The notes beneath the pieces were generated by a model. It searched no databases and had not been told where the DNA came from. It saw only the letters and a program-made list of their open reading frames with translations. Shown here one piece after another: positions 56,941 through 64,000 of a stretch of 64,000 bases of DNA. Both the position numbers and the translations under genes were made by a program. The stretch is from Candidatus Latescibacterota bacterium. GTDB taxonomy: Bacteria > Latescibacterota > UBA2968 > GCA-2709665. The stretch spans positions 960,001 to 1,024,000 of the forward strand of contig OZ244937.1 of NCBI GenBank assembly GCA_965222075.1, in the 5' to 3' direction. Positions within the stretch are counted from its first letter, which is position 1. Each line of letters starts with the position of its first letter.

Positions 56941-57100
56941 TCAACGCGTGAATAGTGGACTGGCTTATAACGTTGACGTGTTTTCAGCCAGCCGGTTATA
57001 TACGCCGTTAGGTTTCCCTCGAAGTACAGTTGGATCGGCAAAGTATAACTTCAGATTGTCCAAACGATAGCATTGTCTGAGAAAAACGCCCGGATTGCCT

Positions 57101-57480
57101 TCATCGGGTATTGAGTTCACTCCAGACCACGTCTACACCGGGATAGTCTTCAGGCGGCCTGCCCCGATCCGAAAGCGGCTTATCGCTGCCGCACAGCAGA
57201 TGATCCATACTTACGGCACCAATTGCCAATACGCGGTCGATTCCACCTGGGTCCGATATTCCTACGCGTATCGTCGCAAATCGGTAAAGGTTAAGATAGC
57301 AGCGGACGCGCCGGCTATTCGGCAATGTCGGTGATGGCGATGCTCACGACCAGACTGACGCGCCCTCCCTCCCATCGCTGGCGCGCACGATCACCGCATA
57401 TCCGATCTTTTGCTCAAAGTCGTACGTCGCTTTCGTCCGGATCTGCCCTGCGCCTTCGTCGTCTTTCCGCTCGCTCTTGG
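57101..57480 (-). pseudogene. Remnant of a secreted cadherin-repeat protein
   Basis: Manual translation GQIRTKATYDFEQKIGYAVIVRASDG..SLVVSIAITDIAE*, with a frameshift and stop. Confidence 0.4.
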
Positions 57481-57542
57481 GTGCTGTATCGGCCACCGCC
57501 TTCTGGAGAATCAAGAGTACGCATCCCCCGCTTCAGCGGAAA

Positions 57543-58349
57543 TCATAATTCGTGATAACAATCAGCGTCCATAGAACTTATCAGGATGATCCGAGACCAG
57601 AAACCTCGATCCTGGATACTTTCTCGAAGGGCTTGCAATTCCCACTCTCCAAGAATCGAGATTGGCACAATGCAAATATGATCAATCAGAATCAACCACC
57701 ATTCCTGAAAATCATTTAACTTATTAGTTTGAATGACCTTAAGTGATTTTTCTTCTATACAGGGCTGGATATTATTTATCAATTCATCTGCTATGCCAAT
57801 ACCTTTGAGATCGGAAACGTTATTGAGGTAAAAGCCGGGGGATCCTGTGTATTCATAGCGTTCGCCAACTTCAAGGCATATGCCGCATGGCAGACAGAGG
57901 TGCAGGGGGTTCAGAAGATCAAGTTCATTGACATGCCTATCGTAATCGACGTATTTTGGCATAAATTGATTGAAAGTATCGGGCGTATCATACTTTTGTA
58001 TGAGCGGTATAAGGGTTTCACGGATTTGATTTTTGACAATCTTTCTATTTGGCAAGCGTCTTGAGAAATCATATTCACAATCGACCTCCCATCTTCGCTC
58101 ATTGCCGGGCGGATCAATTTCAGCAAGCGTGCTTTCAATAGTTTGGCGTAAGGATATTCGAGAATTTTCCTCGCCTTCGGTTTGGCCATTGATCTCGATT
58201 CTTCGATTCAGTCGCCGCACCTCGACAGCGAATTTGCCGTCAACAACATAGTCTGGTGGATCGTCTTCTGATCGCTCAATGCTTGAATGGCCTTGGGATT
58301 CAAGCCATTTCTTGGCCCAGCGTTCGTCGTCTTTCTCACGATTGCTCAT
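57543..58349 (-). CDS. Hypothetical protein, PD-(D/E)xK nuclease-like
   Basis: DDPPDYVV..FAVEVRRL; WWLILID; AT-rich. Confidence 0.55.
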   Translation of the reverse strand: MSNREKDDERWAKKWLESQGHSSIERSEDDPPDYVVDGKFAVEVRRLNRRIEINGQTEGEENSRISLRQTIESTLAEIDPPGNERRWEVDCEYDFSRRLPNRKIVKNQIRETLIPLIQKYDTPDTFNQFMPKYVDYDRHVNELDLLNPLHLCLPCGICLEVGERYEYTGSPGFYLNNVSDLKGIGIADELINNIQPCIEEKSLKVIQTNKLNDFQEWWLILIDHICIVPISILGEWELQALRESIQDRGFWSRIILISSMDADCYHEL

Positions 58350-58402
58350 TACGTGGAACACCGCCTCCCATTGAAAGACATCCGCCTGCACGGACAGACG
58401 GG

Positions 58403-60985
58403 TCAATTTGATGACGCTTCTTTGCCGAAGTCGTTAGCAAAGATCAGAAAATCACCAAAGCCAATGGTGTCATCTCCATCTAAATCATACCGCGCGTCAT
58501 ACCCCGTATCGCCTTGACTTAATCCGAACTGCGCCGCAAACTGCAAAAAATCCGCAAAGCCGACAGTACCATCGCCATCAAAGTCGGGCGTAGCTTGCCC
58601 GACGGCAGTAAAGGTCATCGGCTCTAGCCCGGCGACCTTTACCGCAACGGTGTTCGTCCCTAGCCGGCTCCCCAGCGTCAGAAAAGTAGTTGCTTTGCCT
58701 CTAACATTAGTCGTCGTCTGTTCTTGTGAGAGCATCCCGCCGCCAGTGACCGAAAAGCGGACAATCACCCCGGCCAGTGGCTCGCCGTTCTGGTCTAACA
58801 CCGAGACGACCAACGGCTCCGCCAGCGCCTTGCCGGGTGTCCCCTGCTGCTGGTCGCCTTGCAGTTTCAACTCGACCGGATGGGGCGGCGGCGTACGCTC
58901 AGGGACCGTCCATAGCATCACGAGCGTATTTAACCCCGTAACAAGGATGGTATCATCCGGTGAAAGTACTAGCCCCTTTAAGGCCCCTGGTTGCGCGATA
59001 GTGGCCATCTTATCTTGTGTAACTAAGTCCCATACATGGAACTGGCGGCCATCCGATGCAATCAGCGTCTTTCCATCCCGTGAAAACGTCGAATTAAACC
59101 CCCAATTTTTTATTGCAAAGCTAGCGTTCTGTTCTCTTGTAGCGACATCCCAAAGCGCAACATAGTGCATGGCCCCAACCGCGAGCGTGTTCCCGTCGGG
59201 CGAAAACCGCAACGAAGTGACCTCCGTTGTATGCTCAAAGGTGGCTATTTTTGTCTGTGTGGCCGTATCCCAAAGGTGAACAAAGTGACCGTTCTCAGAG
59301 GCGAGGATGGTCCCATTCGGCGAAAACTGCAACGCCTCGACTGAAGCACTATGCCTCATGCTAGCAATTCTTGTTTCTGTCGCCATGTTCCACAACTCAA
59401 CGGTATACTCTTTGTCGTTGTGTGCTAGAAGGCCACACGCTACGGTGACCCCATCCGGGGATAACGCCCACGACATGAGTTGTTTTAGTTCAAGTTGCGG
59501 GCGGAAAGTAGCGATTTTAGTTTGTGTCTCCACGTCCCAAAGATTGAGGGCTTGACCGTTCGCAACCGCGACGGTAGCCTTATCCGGCCAAAACGCCAAC
59601 ATACGGATGAAGTCTCCAGGTCCCTGCCGCGGTAGGGTAGCGATTTTAGCTCTTGCCGCTACATCCCAAAGCTCAACCGTGCCACTTCCCCCTCCAACTG
59701 CCAGGACAGTCCCATCCGGGGATAACGCCAACGAAGTGACTACCAAACCAATTTCAAGAGTGGCGATATGGAACGGCGACCGTTCCGCAAGGTCAAAGCC
59801 CATATCACCTGTATTGCCCTCCGTATCAACTATATTGACTCGGAGCACATGATAAGGAGAATCGGAAATACTTGTAATGCCACCAGAAGGAATGACACCG
59901 TCATACTCAAATTCGATAATGGCCTCACGAGCACCGTCTAGTCCGCGGCACGCTTTCACTTCAAGAGAGTTAGAAGCAGAGTGTCCGGGTTGTGTATAAA
60001 CGGTCAGGATCGCTTGGTGAAGCCCATGCTCAGCGCGAGCGACCAATTGAGCAGTAATGCTTGATGCCCCTGCCGGGTATAAAACCGGCGAAAGCCATTC
60101 AACACTTGGCCGCTGCCCCTGTTCAATAGGGACATTGGGATTAAAAAAAGGATGCACGGTTAAAAATTCGGCACCGCAGGCCGATAGAGACCTTCGCTGA
60201 CCACCGCCATACGACATAATGTACGCGTTATCGTTAAAGTCATGGTGCAATCCGAAGGCATGGCCGAGTTCATGCGCTATTATCTGCCAGGAAAAAGCAG
60301 CAGAAACTAACGCTATGCCCGCTTTTTTACCCCTCACCGCTCCGACACCTGCTGCAACCCCTTTCCAAAGCGCAATTCCATTTATGCTATTGTCAATGAC
60401 CATCAGCAAAATGTTGTCATCAAGACCAAACGCCTCCCCGGGACGGCCAGTTCGCCCAATCACTTCATCTATTACAGCCCTCTGCGTATTTTCAAGGTAG
60501 TGACTATCAGGATATGCCCCGTCCACACGGTGAACTAGCGGCTCGCCGTCTGCGTCGGTTTCGAAGCGGAAGGTCTTGACACCGTACCCGTGCACCTGCA
60601 TCTGCTCAGCATAAAAGGCTTGAACCTGTCGAATCGCCGTTTTCATTGAGTCAGCCACGTCGGTACGATACATCCGATCATTGGGTAAGACGTAGATCAT
60701 CCGCACTGTGCGCGGTTCCCCGACGTTCTCATCCGCCAGCGACTTGGCCGCAGGGTAGGGGTGGTCCCGCCGCCACTGCTCGTAATCGAACGGTGCGCAG
60801 AAATGCACACTGTCGGCGGGGGAGGGCGAAGCATGGACAACCGCCATCGGCAAGAGCCAGAGACCGATTAACGCGGAAAACTTAGCGGAAGGATCAGGGA
60901 GTGAACCCGTTGAAAGAACGGGGCGGTTCCTACTATAAGCGAACCAAGACAATAAAACGGCCAATGCTACTAAGCAGGCGATCAT
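58403..60985 (-). CDS. Secreted zinc metallopeptidase (metzincin) + WD40 propeller + Ig-like domain + EF-hand/dockerin-like tail
   Basis: HELGHAFGLHH + AYIMSY Met-turn; repeated FSPDG..LWDV; LAEPLVVSVLDQNGEPLAGV; DFDGDGTVGFADF x2; hydrophobic N-terminus. Confidence 0.88.
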   Translation of the reverse strand: MIACLVALAVLLSWFAYSRNRPVLSTGSLPDPSAKFSALIGLWLLPMAVVHASPSPADSVHFCAPFDYEQWRRDHPYPAAKSLADENVGEPRTVRMIYVLPNDRMYRTDVADSMKTAIRQVQAFYAEQMQVHGYGVKTFRFETDADGEPLVHRVDGAYPDSHYLENTQRAVIDEVIGRTGRPGEAFGLDDNILLMVIDNSINGIALWKGVAAGVGAVRGKKAGIALVSAAFSWQIIAHELGHAFGLHHDFNDNAYIMSYGGGQRRSLSACGAEFLTVHPFFNPNVPIEQGQRPSVEWLSPVLYPAGASSITAQLVARAEHGLHQAILTVYTQPGHSASNSLEVKACRGLDGAREAIIEFEYDGVIPSGGITSISDSPYHVLRVNIVDTEGNTGDMGFDLAERSPFHIATLEIGLVVTSLALSPDGTVLAVGGGSGTVELWDVAARAKIATLPRQGPGDFIRMLAFWPDKATVAVANGQALNLWDVETQTKIATFRPQLELKQLMSWALSPDGVTVACGLLAHNDKEYTVELWNMATETRIASMRHSASVEALQFSPNGTILASENGHFVHLWDTATQTKIATFEHTTEVTSLRFSPDGNTLAVGAMHYVALWDVATREQNASFAIKNWGFNSTFSRDGKTLIASDGRQFHVWDLVTQDKMATIAQPGALKGLVLSPDDTILVTGLNTLVMLWTVPERTPPPHPVELKLQGDQQQGTPGKALAEPLVVSVLDQNGEPLAGVIVRFSVTGGGMLSQEQTTTNVRGKATTFLTLGSRLGTNTVAVKVAGLEPMTFTAVGQATPDFDGDGTVGFADFLQFAAQFGLSQGDTGYDARYDLDGDDTIGFGDFLIFANDFGKEASSN

Positions 60986-61018
60986 AGCGTACCTCCTATT
61001 TAGAATACATTAAGGATA

Positions 61019-61034
61019 TACAAAAACCGTGCCA
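61019..61034 (-). promoter_or_regulatory. Sigma-54 (-24/-12) promoter candidate
   Basis: TGGCACG-GTTT-TTGTA about 35 bp upstream of ATG 60985, which has an AGGAGGT RBS. Confidence 0.55.
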
Positions 61035-61556
61035 ACTTTGTGACAAACGGCTAACTGATTGCAGGCGAGGAAATTGGAGCATACGAGGAACGATTCGACT
61101 TTTTCTGGACTGTTGCAGAATGCGCCTGATCAAGCACGCGGAGAACGCATGTTCGCTCAGACGGAGATGGGATATATGTTTATTTATGAATGACTTACGG
61201 AAAAAATATGGAGGAAAAACAGAGAAACTGTTGCAATTTGCAATACAAGACGCAATTTGCAACAGTAGGGAAGGGTGCCGCCGACCGTCTCGGAGGCCGT
61301 TGAAAGGGGTTCTCAAGATATACGTCGGGCCGATGGCGGCCCCGGGCGGGAGCCTGCTCGGGTGTCGATATAAGAAAGGAAGGCGTTTCGCCTGCTGGCG
61401 TTCATCATCGGACCACAACCTCCTTCCTCAAAACGGAACCGTCTGGCTGAGACACCAGAAAGATCCAGGTGCCAACCCTCAGAGGAGGATAAATCACTAA
61501 GAGGGGGTACCCCCGTATTCGACTCGCTGAGTCAAAAGGACAGATTAAATATTCTT

Positions 61557-61820
61557 TTATACGCCCAATTTGTATCCGACCAGATCAATTCTCGTCGTGT
61601 CAACATAAACTAACCCGGAACATAAATCTATGCTGGTATAATATCCTACGCGCATGGTATCAGAGGCCGCCAAAGGGGATGTCACCGTCAGGCTGTCGAT
61701 ATGGAGTTGAAAAATCTGAAAATCAGGAGGGTCCGGCTTAAAGGGATAATAATCGCACCCCAGACAGGATAGACCCATCAGGACCGCCAACGAAACAAAA
61801 ACCACGATTTTCCCTTGCAT
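61557..61820 (-). CDS. Putative lipoprotein (short, possibly truncated)
   Basis: MQGKIVVFVSLAVLMGLSCLGC signal/lipobox; AAAGGA RBS. Confidence 0.5.
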   Translation of the reverse strand: MQGKIVVFVSLAVLMGLSCLGCDYYPFKPDPPDFQIFQLHIDSLTVTSPLAASDTMRVGYYTSIDLCSGLVYVDTTRIDLVGYKLGV

Positions 61821-61887
61821 GACCGATGTTCCTTTCGCCTCCCTTTTGATGGTTGACAATTTGAAGGCGTCCTGCTTATTTCTTATA

Positions 61888-61939
61888 CCTGCCTGCGCCG
61901 CGATGGGCCTGCGTGCGTGAGACAGCACGCGCAGGCAGG
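61888..61939. repeat. CCTG...CAGG palindromic element (composite)
   Basis: cctgcctgc..cctgcgtgcgtgagacagcacgcgcaggcagg. Confidence 0.7.
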
Positions 61940-62073
61940 GCTCGCCCTCGAAAATCACTTGACACGAGGGGCGACAGCCCCGCAAAGCGGCCCGACGTGG
62001 GTTTTAAGACAGTTTCTAACGCTCAAGTTTTGTGGTTTAGCCCCTGTATATGCACAGAAATTCTCGTATTCCC

Positions 62074-63336
62074 TCACCTGGGGTCGTAGATCGCCCCCAG
62101 GAAGAGGATGGTCCCACTCAGCCGTTCCCGGATTGCGAGCAGGAACGGCCGGTTCACCACAATGCCGCTCGGCACCCCTATCGGTTGTATGCCTGCCGAC
62201 GTAACCGCAGCGGCTACGGTGCCTTCCTCGTCCACCTGCAGAAATGTCTTGTGTTTGACCTGGGAGATGTATGTCTCTATGTCCGAAGTGAGCCTGGAGA
62301 AATCCGCCGCTTCGGAATCGAATGCCATCCCCATCCCCATCTTAACGAGTGGGGTGTTCAGCAAGACGCTGTGCTCCAGCTTGAACGTGGGCATCTGCAC
62401 GGGCAGCTTGTCGAACGCGACCCCGTTCGTCCACGCGTTCCACTGTGCCAGATCAATGCTGTTCACCAGGCCCGCCAGGCTGCCTTCGGAGCGTGGCTGC
62501 AGGATCACCATGCTGAACGCTTCGGCTCCGTACGGCAGCTCGGCAATCTGCACTGTCTCTGTGGACCCGGTTGCCCCACGCCCATTCGGCTCCGACATCG
62601 TGGGCACGTCCACGGGGTCGGTGCTTCCTTCCAGGAAGAAGGGGCGGGGTCTCGTCTTCGCCGGGTCGAACTGAACCGTCCAGTCGCCCTCGAAATAAAC
62701 GGCGTTCAAAAGAAAGAGGATGCTGCCCTGATCAATCTCCTGGATGATCGATTCGATGCGGCCCCGGGTCTGATCTTTCACCCAGCCGTTGATGGCCTGT
62801 TTGGCACCGGGATCGGCAAAGTCGAGCGTCTGAGCTCTGGCATCGAAGTGGGTGCGGATGGCGTCGGAAAAGCGCGCTTCGAACGTATATCCCTGTTGCA
62901 TCCACACCGAGTTGGCGACTGCGATCTGTACGCTCGGGTCCAGCCTGAACAGAAGGTCGCGCACCCCCCGGTAGCCCTCGTTGATCTCGCCCATCGCCAG
63001 GTCGGGTAGCCGGAGCCCCGAGCGCATCGCCTCAAAGGTCCCTCCTGCGGCGCCGTTGAGGGCCATTCCAAGCGTCATTGACACGCTCAGCGGAGATACG
63101 AACACGTTCTTCCCCGGTTCAGCCACTTCGCGCAGCAGTTCAAAGGCAAAGCCGTTGTTGGCGTGGATCACCGCGTTTTCGCCTGCGGTCAGCGGCCGGG
63201 GTAATTTTGTGAGGGGGCGCTCCGGTTCAACGGGGTTGTCTGCGCAGGCGACAAGACCAGGTATCGTCGCCCCAACAAGCGCCGTTAAGGTCCGGTATGA
63301 TCGATAGTGGGCCAAAAGGGTTCTCTTAAAGCACAT
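62074..63336 (-). CDS. Serpin (serine protease inhibitor), probable lipoprotein
   Basis: NVFVSPLS, NAVYFEGDW, VDEEGTVAAAVT hinge, VNRPFLLAIRE..ILFLG; LVAC lipobox. Confidence 0.95.
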   Translation of the reverse strand: MCFKRTLLAHYRSYRTLTALVGATIPGLVACADNPVEPERPLTKLPRPLTAGENAVIHANNGFAFELLREVAEPGKNVFVSPLSVSMTLGMALNGAAGGTFEAMRSGLRLPDLAMGEINEGYRGVRDLLFRLDPSVQIAVANSVWMQQGYTFEARFSDAIRTHFDARAQTLDFADPGAKQAINGWVKDQTRGRIESIIQEIDQGSILFLLNAVYFEGDWTVQFDPAKTRPRPFFLEGSTDPVDVPTMSEPNGRGATGSTETVQIAELPYGAEAFSMVILQPRSEGSLAGLVNSIDLAQWNAWTNGVAFDKLPVQMPTFKLEHSVLLNTPLVKMGMGMAFDSEAADFSRLTSDIETYISQVKHKTFLQVDEEGTVAAAVTSAGIQPIGVPSGIVVNRPFLLAIRERLSGTILFLGAIYDPR

Positions 63337-63520
63337 GGATGTCCTCCTTTGTCAAGAACAGTTTTGTTCTGGACATTTCCACCGGTTTAAAATTGGACAC
63401 TTTTGGAAGAGTGGATAGAGCGATTATGGTGGCATAGGGACCTCCATTGTGAAGGATCAAGGTTGCGTTTGGGTGTCTGGGAGGTGGCGGAGAGAGTAGG
63501 TATTGGGTTTACGTCCTCGG

Positions 63521-63559
63521 CCTGCCTGCGTCGCGGTGCTCCTGCTCCGCGCAGGCAGG
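63521..63559. repeat. CCTG...CAGG palindromic element (39 bp)
   Basis: cctgcctgcgtcgcggtgctcctgctccgcgcaggcagg. Confidence 0.75.
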
Positions 63560-64000
63560 CGTCCCTGTTTTTCGAGCAGGCCGGCGTTGAGCAATTCGGA
63601 GAGTGCTTTTCTGAGCTGTCCGTCATTGCCGTGTCGGAGTGCGGGAGCAAGGCAAGCAGACTAGGGATACGGGTGGTTGGATACCGGGGGCGCTGCCCCT
63701 GGGCCAGTTCATGAGGAGGGTGTGGAAAGACCTCATTTTCATGAGATCTGAGGTTATTCAATCACCACCAGCACCGCCTCTCCCCGCAGGATTTCGTTGA
63801 CAATGATGACGTGGGTGATGCCCTCGCTCACTCCCACCATATAGTCCTGTCCCTTTTTTCAGCTTGCCCGAACGGCCGAATAAGAAAGGCAGCCGAAACA
63901 ATGGCGGCGTCTATCGGTTGGCGCGACCGCCCTACGTGGCGCCATAGCACTCTCCAAATATTATAAAATCGGCAAAATTGATGGTTCCATCCCCATTATA

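Overview
Bacterial window, GC-rich in the core with visibly lower-GC accessory blocks. The C-terminal 'DFDGDGTVGFADFL..F' double-EF/dockerin-like tail and the abundant sugar-catabolic enzymes resemble Latescibacterota/Gemmatimonadota-type genomes (inference only). Layout: (1) 1-4.7 kb: TonB-dependent receptor (5'-truncated), asd, CoA-transferase. (2) ~4.7-22.9 kb: a decaying, integrase-less integron-like cassette array on the minus strand with about 13 attC-like sites. It carries many toxin-antitoxin modules (several toxins inactivated), GNAT/NUDIX/methyltransferase/APH/HAD cassettes and a HisG-HisE fusion. (3) 23-41 kb: sugar-acid catabolic cluster, heterodimeric ABC exporter, two TPP enzymes, a Pof1-like nucleotidyltransferase. 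(4) 41-54.4 kb: the best candidate for an undescribed system, a co-oriented locus with a double-glycine precursor peptide (Cys-free, Tyr/Ser-rich core), three GT-B glycosyltransferase domains as the only tailoring enzymes, a 2x cNMP-C39-ABC transporter, HlyD, a PpiC-like protein and two sigma-54 activators, i.e. a putative glycosylated RiPP unlike glycocins. (5) 54.5-64 kb: a second attC-like cluster with a transposase and a HEPN-motif gene, a nuclease-like gene, a secreted metzincin-WD40 protein and a serpin. Two short palindromic repeat families nest inside themselves, and one inserts in-frame into genes. No rRNA, tRNA, CRISPR array or integron integrase was seen.
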